NCBI RefSeq assembly: GCF_009914755.1
Contig: NC_060932.1
DNA length: 64,000 nt
Origin: the human T2T-CHM13v2.0 reference genome, Homo sapiens
Reading direction: 5' to 3' (one strand)
Part shown: in pieces, positions 32,961 through 47,279 of the stretch
Layout: each line of letters starts with the position of its first letter
Position numbering within the stretch: the first letter of the stretch is position 1
Notes under the pieces: generated by a model
Database searches by the model: none
Told to the model about the DNA's origin: nothing
Seen by the model: only the letters and a program-made list of their open reading frames with translations
Position numbers and translations under genes: made by a program

Positions 32961-34510
32961 GGCTAGTATTTTTATGAAAAAAAAAATTTTTTCAGAGTTT
33001 CAGACTTGCAAACTTTTAAAACATTTAAAATTATAAACTGTCCAGGTTATCCAAAGACTGTACAGTATATGGTCCAGATTAATACAGTTAATAATTACCC
33101 ACTCTGGGGCATATGCAACTTCAAGGGCAGAGGTAAAGATTTGCCTTGGGGAAAAATTCAGCACAACCATGAAAATAACAAGTAGCAATAAACGGGGGGT
33201 GGGGGTGAGGGCGGGGAAGGGGTTGCATTTGGATAGCGCCTCCCAATGCACTTGAACACTATAGCTAACAATACTGCATTATACACTTAAAAATTTGTTA
33301 AGAGGTTAGATCTCATGTTAAGTGTATTATCAAAATCAAATAAAATACAACGGCGTTTTTCAATCCTCCTAACCATCTTGACAGGAATACAAGACATTTA
33401 CAAATGGGGAGCCTGATGTTCGGGGGATGGATGCCTGACTCCCAGTCACCCAGCTAGGGGACCCCACCCGGCTCTTCTGATTATCTGGCAGAAGTGAGCA
33501 AAACAGCTCAATCCAGCAGGCTCCATGTTAGCAGTAAGCAACTCTAATTTCATATCTGACTGAAAAAAGAAAAGAAGCCTATTTATGCTCTCAACATAAT
33601 AAAGCAGCCTTTGTTTTATGCTAAGGCCCTGGTGATTTTTTCAGCACCAGTCCAGCTGTGACACACAGACGCTGGTTCGATGCCTGCATAAATGCTTTCT
33701 CTTTGTTTAGTGGTGAGAACGTGAGACCTCACTAAGGCCCAAGTCCTGGGTTCTCCTGATGTCAACCCCACAAGTGAGTAGTGGAGCCTCACTGGCAAGG
33801 AGACCTACCTGTGCCTTTCCCAAATGCCTGGGAAGGTAGGTTAGAGTTAGAATCTTTTAATTAAAATGAGGTAAAATTCTAATTACTCCACAGTTGTCTC
33901 CAGAATAACATCATTTCCAACTCATCAAGTCTTATTAGAACCGGAACCACTGGGAACACCAGCTCCACCTTGTTAACTAAAGAAAACAGCTCGCTTTTTC
34001 CAGGAACATTAACTCTTTTTTCAGACATAAAGTAGTATTTAATGGTTTTGCTTATTAGTCTCCAAGCCATTAATGACCTGAAAGAGATTAAACAACTTTT
34101 GAAAAGTAATCCATTGTAAGTAACAACGGTTAAGGCTTCCTTGTAGCTACGAAAAACACCCAGAGTGCAGGACACTCACTTAAAATTAACACTGACTTGG
34201 ATGCACACCACACACAAACAAATACAACTCCCACATGTAATCTATTTTTATATGAATTGGTTGAAGGTGGTAACAAATTCTAAACAATATGATGTACGTA
34301 AAAGGGTTAGCTGCACCGCACTCTAGGAAACTATTGCACCAGCTTCTACTCCTGCACCACTTAGCAACAGGAAAACGATGGGGAAACACTACCAAACTAA
34401 CGAGTGGGTCACCTCAGATTTGATTTAACCCTAAACTCAACAATCTCAGGAAGTTCTGTCATACCGGCAGGAAGAACAGACCAAGAGGAGCATTTTCAGG
34501 GGCAATACAA

Positions 34511-34513
<3 letters not shown>

Positions 34514-34547
<34 letters not shown>
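34514..34547. repeat. (GT)17 microsatellite
   Basis: Perfect run. Confidence 0.97.
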
Positions 34548-34550
<3 letters not shown>

Positions 34551-34822
34551 AAGAGTATCAATCATGACATTATGAGGCATGGATGAACCACACCACCCAG
34601 TGTTAGCAACACGTGGATCATCTGTGGCTCTGTGCATGTGTCACTTTCCACAGTTACATACAAAATGTAACTCCACTACTAGACTAAGCTGTTTGAAGGT
34701 TAATTCCACATCACATTCATACTCCATGCAACTCACGACACATCAGCCTCACCTCCCAGACATCACTCCTAATCCCCTAAATTCCAGCTACAGACGCCCT
34801 GTACCTTTCCTTACTCATTACC

Positions 34823-35558
<736 letters not shown>

Positions 35559-36031
35559 TAGCCACACCATCTTCATCTGGAATGTTCTTCCCTAGGTCTA
35601 TCAAAATTCTGAAAAGTTGAGATCCAAGGAAAGTGGCTTGTCTTTTATGAAAATGCTTTGGAATCTCACTCACCAGCATCACTTCTTTCTCTTAAATGGC
35701 ATGGGTCAGTCTCTAACAGTGACGTTATTCTGTCATGTGTTGCAATTAAGGCTCATATGCCTGCATTCCATACTAACCATGAGCTCCCAAAGGCACAAAT
35801 CGGGTCTGTATCTTCTCATGGAGAGCAGTTAGCCTAGTCATATCAGAGATTCTCATCTACCCCGTACCTGTGTACAGGAAAAACTGGGAAGTGATCCTGT
35901 TGGACATTAAATTAAGGTTGGGCTGGTCCACAGTAATAAAGGCTTAACTGTGAAGACGCTGTCTCTAGTCAAGGACCACAACTGGAAAATAAAGCAGGTC
36001 AGCAAAAAGGGGAAGACAAAAATTACAATCA

Positions 36032-36273
36032 GGCTGGGTACAGTGGCTCATGCCTATAATCCCTTTGGATTACTTTGGGAGGCCAAGAGTTCGAGACCAG
36101 CCTGAAGTACAAAAATGAGCCAGGTGTTGTGCCGCACAACTGTAGTCCCAGCTACTCAGGAGGCTGAGGCACAAGAATTGCTTGAACCCAGGAGGTGGAG
36201 GTTGAAGTGAGTGGAGATCATGTCACTGTACTCCACCCTGGGCAACGGAGTGAGGCTCTGTCACAAAAACAAA
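36032..36273 (+). mobile_element. Alu with two left-arm deletions
   Basis: Alu body missing two blocks; TSD acaatca. Confidence 0.88.
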
Positions 36274-36579
36274 GCACAATCAGACTGGTCCTGGGCAGAA
36301 CTCAACCTTCCCTTCCTTACCCCTACACTCTCCCTTACAGTCCCATTAAAAGAGAATAGGGAAGGAGGAATAATCTATAGAAACTCTGACTTGACGACAC
36401 TGCTGACTGTTGTGCCCAGAATCCAGCAAGAGCTAGGACCTCGCACACACATTCATGTATTTCCTCATGTGCATGTAAGGATGCACACACTCAGGGGAAG
36501 TGAGGTAAAAGTAGGTAGTTCACCAATCAACAGAGCAACACCCTCCAAATCAGCTGCCATGTCTTAAGTATCTGGTGAC

Positions 36580-36800
36580 CATGGTCACAAAGCATGAACT
36601 TGGGAATTAAATAGATGGGGTCTGGATCTTGACTCCACTATGAACCATATGAACTAGGAGGAAAGTACCTACTTCATGGACTCTCACATCTCCCATCTGA
36701 AAATTACTACAAATTATTAAGGCAACTGCTGAAAAGATGAAATATGATCAATCTAGGAGTTTGTATATACCACCAAGAACAATGCTTGTCAAATCACTCA
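36580..36800 (+). mobile_element. MIR
   Basis: Degenerate MIR. Confidence 0.55.
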
Positions 36801-39800
36801 CTTCTTTTCCCCTCTCTGGAGCCAGGCTTCGAGAAGTTGTATCCAGAATGAGAAGGTCTAAACCCTAACATAAGGACCCAAAGTCAAGTCATCTTTATTT
36901 GCCTTTACTGCTACAAATCCCGAATGAGGGTCCAGGGTTGAAAACATAACCCTCAACTTCACTGATAGACTTACGTATAACCCCAATTAAAAGTTTGGCT
37001 CCTTTGGGACATACATTTCTCTTTGACCAAAACTCATTAAAACTTGGCAGGAAGCCACCCACAGTGAGCTAATTATACACAGCACCACCCTATATATTAA
37101 TAGCTTACTGTAGCTAACTCATATGCTAGCATCCACCACCTGTCTACACCTTCCTTACGTGCAGGAGCCATGGATTCATTTCTCTCTTTTTTTAAGCTTC
37201 ATAGTTTAACAAAATGTCCATCATTTTAAAAGCGACCAACTGATCAATCAAAAATTATCATTTCTAGAACTTAGTATCACATAACCCTAACTTAGGGAAC
37301 TAAGAAAGTAGAAACAATGAAAAACTTACTAATGATTTGATAGTTCCATTGCAACAGGAAGCTAAACATTTATTAAGATTTTAGTACATTCCACCATATT
37401 AAACATCAAAGCAGACAAATATGCAAAACACTTTACAGAAAAATGCCATTTATGTTCTTGTAATGTTCATGAAACATAAAAATTAACATTTTAAACAATC
37501 ATAAAAGTCACATTAGTTTGTTTGTTGATGAATCTGTAAGGTGAAATCCATGTAAAATACTCTAAAATTTAAATTTTTTCCCCAAAGGATACCTCTTATA
37601 CAACAAAAATTTTAATTTTATATGACAAATTCTGTAATCAGCTTCTAAAAATGTTGAAGGTATAATCAGAATCAACCAGAACTTTCACCTTCTTCAAATG
37701 AAAGTAATCTCTGTCAGGAAAAATTTGTGTAATATTTTGTAATATTACATATATCATAATATTTTGTTCTTTTTCCTACTATGAAGAATATCACAATATT
37801 CCAATTAGTACATAAATTACATCTTAATATTACCAACATACAAGGCTAGGATTTTGCAATTAGAAGCCAAATTCTGACAAAATAAAACAGTGCCTTAAAA
37901 AACACTGAACAATTAAAAATGTTACATATATTAGAATATGGGACAGCCCATAAAAAAACTAATCAATACTCATCAGAACCAACTAGGCACTTCCAGCTGA
38001 GGTTAAATGACCTTTTGCTCCTGCTCCTGTTCCTGAGGGCCTGTCTTTGTCACACAGCTGAGCCAGCACCTGCCTCTCCATAGCAACTGCAGCATGCCCT
38101 TCAGCGCTATGAAAGATAACAGATAGGTGCCTCCTCTTACATTAAATATTTATTAGGTTTCTGAATAGTGGTCTTCCCAGGGAAGTTCATGGGAGGCACA
38201 CACAACTCACAGCCACCCATCCCTCCTTCAAAAACACCTTTTCTATCAGAGTCACTGAAATACACCCAGAAAGGGAGACCACAACCAGTTCTTTGGGGCA
38301 GACAGGTGTTGGACTGTCTCCTTGACATGGCTTTTTGTGTGCATTTTTTACATGGTATTCGGTGTGCATTCTAACCAAACTCAAGGATTGTCTAAATTTG
38401 TAGGTCATCTCATTCCCTGTAGCACCTTGTCCAGTAAGTTATAACAACCAAAAAAAAAAACCTAATAAGCATAGTATCTATTCAAAGCCTAATAAGCCCT
38501 TATATCCTGGTTGTGTGGAAAGGATTAAGATTATAATGAGTTACTCTGTGGGTTATTTTTTAATTCATTTCTACACACCACATGAGGTTCAAAATGAGCA
38601 ACTAACTCAGGCTCAGCTGAAGAACTCCTGGAGGGTCACTCTTTATCTGGGAAGCACTGGTGTTAAAAACTGGTGCAAATTTTGTTGCCACTTAGTAGAG
38701 TATTTTCACATCCCAAAGCAGAAGCACAGAAGTAGGTAAGAGATATCAAAGTTTCCTTACAAGAGAAAGGATTTCTTTGCTTCACCCTGCCCTGCATGAA
38801 CAGCTAAGTGAAAAGCAGATTCTCCCACAAGGCTCAAAGATATAACAGTAATCTTGTTTAATCCTAGCATGTGGCCAGAAGTGATGAATCTATGTGAAGA
38901 TTTTGATGGCAGGTGATCTTTGAGCGGGCATGGCAGTTGCACCACAAAAGGTCGAACACATTTTCACGGGAAAGTTGCCTATGTGCTACTGAAGAAGCTA
39001 GACTATGAAGGAGCAGCCGAAATGCAAGAACACCTTCCCCTACTTCTCTGTATCCAGGACTCAGCTCAGTGCTGGGCACATAGCAGGTGCTCCGGGAATG
39101 GGAATGGGTGACTGTAGGAATCATAAGAATTTTTCTTCTTTCAGGAGTACTGCACATTCCGGGCCCACTTCATGCCCCAGAAGTTACTATTAGACAGGAA
39201 CATCATCAGCAGTATGACAAACTAATAGGGAACTAATTAGGAATATGTAATATAGACATCAAATCTTTTCTTCAAGAAATGACTCAGTTTCTCTACAACC
39301 TAGGGCAACTCTAGACAATAGCAGCATTTTCACTTGTCCGAGATGAAAGGAGGAGGGAAAAAACCCACAGTGTTCCTGAAACTAAATTTAAAAGTAATGC
39401 CCTTTATTCTGAGATAATGTTTTTCCTGATTTTTTGGAAGGGGAGGAGGAGTGTTAAAAATCTCATATCTATAAAAACATGGTGGCTTTTTGTTAGTTGA
39501 TTTTAATAACTTGGCAAAACAAGGAGTAGACAACTCAGTGTGAGCTCTCCCCCACCCAATTTTAATTTATGAATTCCAAAAAATTAAAAAGGGTAATGCT
39601 AGGACGTAACACCCACTTGCCCTGCCTACAGCCCAACTCACCTAACACACATCACTGTGCAGAACAGAAACAGGACAAACTGGTTTAGAAGGCAGAGGGG
39701 ACAAAGAATGCTGTATTTGGCTATACATACACGGAATCTAACATGAGGTAAGAACATCCAGATTGGAAAAGTCTAGCACTGAAGTCGTGCAAAAAAATAT

Positions 39801-40459
39801 ACTTGGATGTATAGCCCCTGGAAGTTCACCTAAGTGAGCCATTGTTGCTAAGGGCAATTCTTATTTACCAGGTGTGCTGGTAGGGGAAAAAAACAGTTGA
39901 CTATCACTGCTTTTAGTTAGTCTACAAAAAGACTTAGAAAAACTGGCTAGCAGCCCAAAGCCCATTTCAGGTTCAGTTTATAAAGGGTCTAGTAAGCACA
40001 TTTATGATTTTCCTAGCAACTCCAGGTTAGCCTCAGCTTAGGCAGAGAATAAAACAAACTACCTAAGGCCGGGCATTAATGTGGTGAGCATCATAGAGTG
40101 ATGGTCCCATTATCTATTAAAACAAAAATAGAACAAAAAGTGCACATGTTCATCAATTTCACTTCTCCATATTACCCTAGACAAACATAGCTGCATAAAG
40201 GAGGAATAAACAAAGATGTTCAATGCAGGATTTATTTATAATAGTTAACAAAAAATACTGGAAAGAATCAAGTATCCATTAATAGAATTAAGGCACATTT
40301 ATATGTGGGTACACTATGTAGCAGTTAAAAATAATGAAGTGATCAATATGTACTAGCACAGAAAGTGCTCCATGACATGGAGCTGATGAAAAATACAGAA
40401 ACACAAGCATGACAGCATTTGATTTTCTAAAAGGCACACACAAAAAAATCCCATGCTAT

Positions 40460-40646
40460 ATAGCATTCCCAAATGTGGTCCCTGAACCAGCAGTATCAGC
40501 ATCACCTGTGAACTTGCTAAAAATGCAAATTCTCAGGCCTCACCGCAGACCTACTGAACCAGAACTCTGTGGGTGGGGTCAGCAGTCTGTTTTAACAAGC
40601 CCTCTGAGGGTGTGAGGTCTTGTTTTAACAAGCTTGAGAACCACTG
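40460..40646. mobile_element. MER5A hAT-Charlie transposon
   Basis: cagcatcacctgtgaacttgctaaaaatgcaaattctcagg...ttgagaaccactg. Confidence 0.85.
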
Positions 40647-41373
40647 GCCTACATGGGCAGGCATAAAAATCACTAAGAAAAGGTTGGCCAGACTTGCACC
40701 AGATGAAGTCTCTGCACAACTCTCTTTATCTACACTCTTGCCTATCTTTATCTATACTCTTGTGTTCATGTATTGCTCCTGGAAGTTAAAAGTACCATTT
40801 TTAAGATACTGCAGGTGCTAGGGAGGAGCCTGGGGAAATGGTTAACCATGCATCTCAGCAAAAATAAGGGAGACCTCGCTGACGGGATAGGAGAATGAGG
40901 TTCCGGGAACTAAGAGCTACTGAAACACTGCCGATCACAAAAAGCACAAAAAACCACGTCCAATCAGAATTTTACTCCAAAACTCTCAACAGAGTTCAGC
41001 TGGTCTTACTGGTGACTCCGGTGGAGAGAGTACATGACAAACAGTCAACACTAGTAGGAAGGACAGCTAGCTACCAAAGGATGAAAAAGAATGAACAATG
41101 AAGACCTTGTTTGAGAAAGCTAAACTATTTGCATAGTCTTTTGCTGTCCTGTTTTGTTGATTCTTTAGCACTACATGTGGCAGCGGCCACCCCAGCTCCC
41201 AGCCCCCACCATCATCCTTACATTTGCAGGGGTTGTTGAGCAGGGCAGCAGGGCAAAGGCGACAAAAAAGGGAGCTCTGAGACCTATGGAACAAACCTTA
41301 GTGAGGCCCTCTAGCCACTACCATTCTAATCCCTAATCAAGCCTCTTCAAGACAGTGGGGCCTGGAAAATGTG

Positions 41374-41418
41374 CACACACACATACATACACACACACAC
41401 GCACACACACACACACAC
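41374..41418. repeat. Imperfect (CA)n
   Basis: Seen directly. Confidence 0.9.
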
Positions 41419-41721
41419 CCCCCACACCCCCTGTACTTTATTTCCTACTAACTTCATAATCAGAAGTGAAATCAACCATTACTGCCAATGCTTGTAAAGA
41501 TAAAATAAACGCCACAAGAGTAGTCAGGAACTCACTTTAAAATAAGGTTTAGAGACATCTATAAATCTAAAAATAAGATAACTATACTCAATTTTCATTT
41601 GAGAGACTGCCTTAAGAGGTAACCTTATTAATCTCCCTACTATTGCTGTAAGTCAGGTTCCAAACCAGAGCTAAAAAGTAAGTGGTATTTTATTAAAACT
41701 TACAAATTTTCCACTTCTAAA

Positions 41722-42025
41722 TTTTTTTTTTTTGAGACAAGGTCTCATTTTGTCACCCCGGCTGGAAAACAGTGGCACAATCACAGCTCACTGAAGCTTC
41801 AACCTCCCGGGCTCAAGTGATCCTCCTGCCTCAGCCTCCCAAGTAACTGAGATTACAAGTGCACCACCATTCCTGGCTAAGTGTGTGTGTGTGTGTGTGT
41901 GTGTGTGTACAGAGAGAATCTTCCTATGTGGCCCAGGCTGGTCTTAAACTCCTGGGATCAAGCAATCCTCCTGCCTCAGCCTCCCAAAATGCTGGGATTA
42001 CACGCAAGAGCCACCACACCTGGCC
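41722..42025 (-). mobile_element. AluJ with (GT)14 replacing the central linker (41881-41908)
   Basis: Both Alu arms flank the GT run. Confidence 0.92.
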
Positions 42026-42667
42026 CTAAATTGTTTTTAAGTGAGATTTTGGTGGATTTGATGTCAACAGTGTGTGGCATCACCCTTGACATAACAACAT
42101 AAAACAACAGTTTTAAAGCCAATATCTAAAACAGCCTTTTTTTAATTCTTTAACTTTCTGACAAAAGATCAAGTAAAAGTTTTGCTCTCTGTAACAAGCA
42201 CTCTTCAGATTTTGCTGAAGAGAAAATGCTAAATAAAAGCACATTCTCACTCTGGGGTTTGGGGAACATCAGTTACTCCAATTTCAAGCTTTATTCTCTT
42301 GGATTCTAGGAGGTCATCATAACCCACTTATATTTTGATACAAGCAAAAGCCCATGCTTGAAGACTGAAGAACTACAAAGAAACAGCTGTATGCCATTCC
42401 ACTTTCTGGGCCATGTTTCTCTGTTGTACAGAGAAAAATCATTTCTTTTTTTAACCTAAAAGCAAACACAGTTCTGCTCACTTCCCACTATTCAGCCTAT
42501 TTTTTTCCTCCTTTAACAAGGCCAAATTTTTAGCTGTATCCATTAAAAAGCTTAAGTTATTTACACAGAGAAGATGAAGCAAAAAGTGTTGTTACAGCCT
42601 CATATAAAAGAAATATCCAATTATTAAAACAAAACCAAACAAAAAAAAAGATTTGCCACTACATAGG

Positions 42668-44900
42668 TGATATAGTTTGGCTGTGTCCCCACCCGAATTT
42701 CATCTTGAATTGCAGCTCCCATAATTCCCGTGTGTTGTGGGAGGGACCCAGTGGGAGGTAATTAAATCATGGGGGCGGATTTTTCCAATGCTGTTCTTGT
42801 GATAGTAAGTCTCATGAGATCTGATGGTTTTATAAAGGTTTTATAAAGGCCCGTTCCCCTGCACACGCTCTCCTTGCCTGTTGCCATGTAAGACATGACT
42901 TTGCTTCTCATTCGCCTTCCACCATGATTGTGAGGCCTCCCCAGCCATGTGGAACTATGAGTCAATTAAGCCTCTTTCTTTTATAAATTACCCACTTTCC
43001 AGTATGTCTCCTCATTAGCAGTGTGAGAAAAGACTAATAAATTGGCACTGGTATAGTGAGGTGCTGCTTGTAAAGATACCCAAGAATGTGGAAGTAACTT
43101 TGGAATTGGGTAACAGGCAGAGGTTGGAAGAGTTTGGAGGGCTCAGAAGAAGACAGGAAAATGTGGGAAAGTTTGTTGAATGCCTTTAATCTAAATGCTG
43201 ATAGTGATATGGACAATAAAGTCCAGGCTGACGTGGTTTCAGATGGAGGTGAGGAACTTGGGAACTGGAGCAAAGGTGACTCTTGCTGTGCTTTAGCAAA
43301 CAGACTGGTGGCTTTTTGCCCTAGAGATAATGGTAGAACTTTGAACTTGAGAGAGATGATTTGGGGTATCTGGCAGAAGAAATTTCTAAGTGGCAAAGCA
43401 CTCAAGAGGAAGCAGAGTATAAAAGTTTGGAAAATTTGCAGTAGAAAAGAAAAACCCATTTTCTAGGAAGAAAGTCAAGCTAGCTGCAGAAATTTGTATA
43501 AGTAATGAGGAGACAAACGTTAGACAAACATAAAGACAATGGGGAAAATGTCTCCTGGGAATGTCAAGAGACTTTCAAGGCAGCCCCTCCCATCACAGGC
43601 CTGGAGGCCTAGGAGGGAGAAATGGTTTCCTGGGCCAGGTCCAGGGCCCTCCTGCTGTGTGCAGCCTAGGGACTTGGTGTCCTGTGTCCCAGCTTCTCCA
43701 GTCATGGCTAAAAGGGGCCAAGGTACAGCTCCAACTGTGGCTTCAGAGGGTGCAAGCCCCAAGCCTTGGCAGCTTCCACCTGGTGTTGAGCCTGTGGGTA
43801 TGCAGAAGTCAAGAATTGTGATTTGGGAACCTCCGCCTAGATTTCAGAGGATGTGTGGAAACGCCTGGATGTCCAGGCAGAAGTTAGCTGCAGAGGCAGG
43901 GCTGTCATGGAGAACCTCTGCTAGGGCAGTGCAGGAGCGAAATGTGGGTATGGAGCCCCTACCAGAGTCCCCACTGGGACACTGCCTAGTGGAGCTGTGA
44001 GAAGAGGGCCATCATCCTCCAGATCCCAAAATGGCAGATCCACCAATAGCTTGCACTGTGTACCTGGAAAAGCCACAGACACTCAACGCCAGCCCGTGAA
44101 AGCAGCTGGGAGGGAAGCTGTACCTGCAAAGCCACAGGGGTGGAGCTGCCCAAGACCATGGGAACCCACCTCTTGCATCAGCGTGACCTGGATGTGAGAC
44201 ATGGAGATCATTTTGTAGCTTTAAGATCTGACTGCCCCACTGGATTTCGGACTTGCATGGAGCCTGTAGCCCCTCCATATTGGCCAATTTCTCCCATTTG
44301 GAATGGCTGTATTTACCCAATGCCTGTACCTTCATTGTATCTAGGAAGTAACTAACTTGCTTTTGATTTTACAGGCTCATAGGTGGAAAGGACTTGCCTT
44401 GTCTCAGATGAGACTTTAGACCGTGGACTTTTGAGTTAATGATGAAATGAGTTAAGACTTTGGGGGACTGTTGGGAAGCCATTATTGGCTTTGCAATGTG
44501 AGGACATGAGATTTGGGAGGTGCCAGGGGAAGAAAGGTATGGTTTGGCTGTGTCCCCACCCAAATCTCATCTTGAATTGTAGCTCCCATAATTCCCATGT
44601 GTCGTGGGAGGGACCTGGTGGGAGGTAACTGAATCACGGGGGCAGGTCTTTCTCGTGCTGTTCTTGTGATGGTGAATAAGTTTCATGAAATCTGATGGTT
44701 TTATAAAGGGAAGTTCTCCTGCATATGCTCTCTCTTGCCTGTCACCATGTAAGACATGACTTAGCTCCTCATTCACCTTCTGCCATGATTGTGAGGCCTC
44801 CCCAGCCATGTGAAGTTGTAAGTCAATTAAACCTCTTGCCTTTATACATTACCCTGTCTCAGGCATGTCTTTATTAGCAATGTGAGAACAGACTATTACA
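42668..44900 (+). mobile_element. Full-length THE1B MaLR (5' LTR ~42668-43039, internal region, 3' LTR ~44535-44900)
   Basis: Two THE1B LTRs (…tttggctgtgtccccacc…gactattaca); THE1-int with ORF remnants; 5-bp TSD atagg/atggg. Confidence 0.93.
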
Positions 44901-44979
44901 ATGGGAAAGAGAAATAACAAAAGTATATTTTACCTCTAAAAAGAATAGGCTTAAAACTTGAAGAAACAGCCGAAGTGAT

Positions 44980-45428
44980 TGTTAAAGTATATTAAACAAA
45001 AATTATGGGAGGCCACTGTTTTTGGACTAAGCTCCTGCACTAGGACCCAAAAGCCAGACCACACCAAAGTGAGTCACTCATGCTTACTGCCACATAATCA
45101 TATTGAAACTTTAAAGAAGCAGTAGATCCCCAAAAAAAGATCAGTTTTTTCTGGAAACAGGAGATTCCAAACTACCAGAATCAGCATAATAAGAAAGTCT
45201 CTTCTGCTTTAACCTTTAAAAGAAGTAACCTGAAGTAACTTGTTGTTAACCAATCAGCTTTTTTTTTCTATTGTTCTGTTTCTTTGTTCCCTTATAAAAG
45301 GCACTGTTCTGACATTGCCCAGTGGAAGCTCAGTCTCTTTTATAGAATGGAGGCTGCCCACTTACCAAATAATGAATAAATGCCAATTAGATCTATAACT
45401 AAATTTGTTGTAATTTTGTCTTTTGACA
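44980..45428 (+). mobile_element. ERV1 MER4-group solo LTR
   Basis: tgttaaa...ttttgaca termini; CCAAT, TATAAAA and AATAAA in LTR order. Confidence 0.7.
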
Positions 45429-46061
45429 GGTGTAAGATATATTACAAGGTCATTTAGTAATACATCCATTGCTAAATGAATTAGAAAGCAAATTAAGTTA
45501 AAAGCAAGACAATGTTAATTGCGCTTATGTTGATTTTTGTCAGAAGAGACCTAAGTACTTCCTGGTAAGCAGCTTTCAATATAAACAAGAGCCCTGCACC
45601 TCTCTATCACTTCAAAAATAGAATACTGCAACGCTAGAAAGGCAACACCCAGGCTTTAGACGCACCTTCCAGAACAGACTTTTCTAAATAGCCAGTAACA
45701 GCTCGAGAAAGGGAGAAGATCAGACCTGCCTTTCATGCCCCCCCGACCCCAGGAGCAGGAGGTGAATCTTGAATACCTTTTCCTACCCACAGGTAGAGAG
45801 CTGACCGGGGAGAGAGGCCAGCCATATCCTCAGCAGGAGGATGAAGAAGCCAGGCCAACCCTTGATAGTACCTGACAGAATCACATGGGCAGAAGCAAAC
45901 TCGAATGGCAGCACCAAAGGAGGTGTGAAATGCTGTGATGAAAACACCCTTCCTCCTAAACACTCATTCCCAACAACAAAAAACACCCACTACCATTTAA
46001 TATCCAAAAGAGTAACTGGTGCATCTAGCTCCAAAGATCTCTCACATGAAAGATGTCAGGC

Positions 46062-46360
46062 AGCCGGGAGCGGTGGCTCATGCCTGTAATCCTAGCACTT
46101 TGGGAGGCCAAGGCAGGTAGATCACCTGAGGTCAGGAGTCCGAGACCAGCCGGGTCAACATGGTGAAACCCCATCTCTACTAAAAATACAAAAATTAGCA
46201 GGGCATGGTGGTGCAAGCCTATAATCCCAGCTACTCGGGAGGCTGAGGCAAGAGAATCACTTGAATCTTGGGGGGCAGATGTTGTAGTAGCCGAGATTGC
46301 GCCACTTCACTCCAGCCTGGGCGAAAGTGTGAGACTCCGTCTCAAAAAAAAAAAAAAAAA
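46062..46360 (+). mobile_element. AluS
   Basis: Full Alu; TSD atg(t/c)caggca. Confidence 0.95.
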
Positions 46361-47279
46361 ATGCCAGGCACAAGCAGATCTCAGGTTTCCTTCGAATTGA
46401 GGAAACTGATAGGCCTGCCAAAGACAGCCTATGTGGCAAGTAAATGCTTGTGATTAAGAACCTGAATATCAACTTGACGGGGTGTGTGCTGGGGAGGGGA
46501 GAAAGAGAGGGTACACAAAAACATTTGTGAATAAAATTAGTTTTTACCTTCATTAGAATTGTTTCTGATAGCATATTTGACCCTGAATTTATATGTATAT
46601 TAAATAAAAGAAGACTCTTAGGCACTAACAAATGTGGGAGGAGAGTGCTGAGGTTACTAGGATTTTATTACAAAGAAATGTCTTACTTCTATGCTTTCAC
46701 AGGTTTCTCCACTAAGGTTATGTATAACTTATGCAAAAAATGATAAAGAATTACTTCAAGTGCAGGAAAATACGAACTACATTAAGTACAGCTGCTTTGA
46801 CTGCAATGCTCCAGGAACTGAAGGAAGTTAATGGCACCACAGGTGCTTCCAAGACACGGGGCCCGCACGGTGAGCTGTCCATTGGCTTCCCTTGGAATAA
46901 GCAGAGTATATTGCCTTGGAAGGAAAAACTATTTCCTCAAAGGGAGCAATGATCCCTCAAGAAGGCTGGACAGGGGTAAGCAGAATGCTTCCCTTCCAGC
47001 ACTTTCCACATCTCATCATTGCCCTCTCCCCTCCTAGGTCCCAGGCACTTTTAAAATCAACAAAAGCAAGACTTTTTCTCTTTTCTTTTTTGGCTACACT
47101 GGCATCATAACATTCTACTAGAGGTTAAGTCAATAATTCAAAGTTAAAACCTCCAACATTTGAGACTTGGTATTATTAAATAAATCACCTCCATTTTGGC
47201 AAATTTACATCTGTAACCAATTCATTTAAGATAAGAGCTCTCTATATTATGGAGAGTCAGTAAAATATTGGTGATAAAC

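Noticed and set aside
35921-35990. ggctggtcc start resembling a Y RNA pseudogene
   Set aside because: Similarity ends after ~9 nt; no Y RNA body or complementary 3' stem
43134-44355. Several 70-153 aa ORFs
   Set aside because: Frameshifted remnants of the THE1 internal ORF
42936-44809. PRDM9 hotspot motif in the THE1B LTRs
   Set aside because: Both LTRs read CCTCCCCAGCCAT, not the hotspot-associated CCTCCCTAGCCAC
46680-46982. Plus-strand acceptor (tttcacag) and donor (GGgtaagc) pair
   Set aside because: No credible reading frame, opposite to the inferred host strand, and such motifs are common by chance
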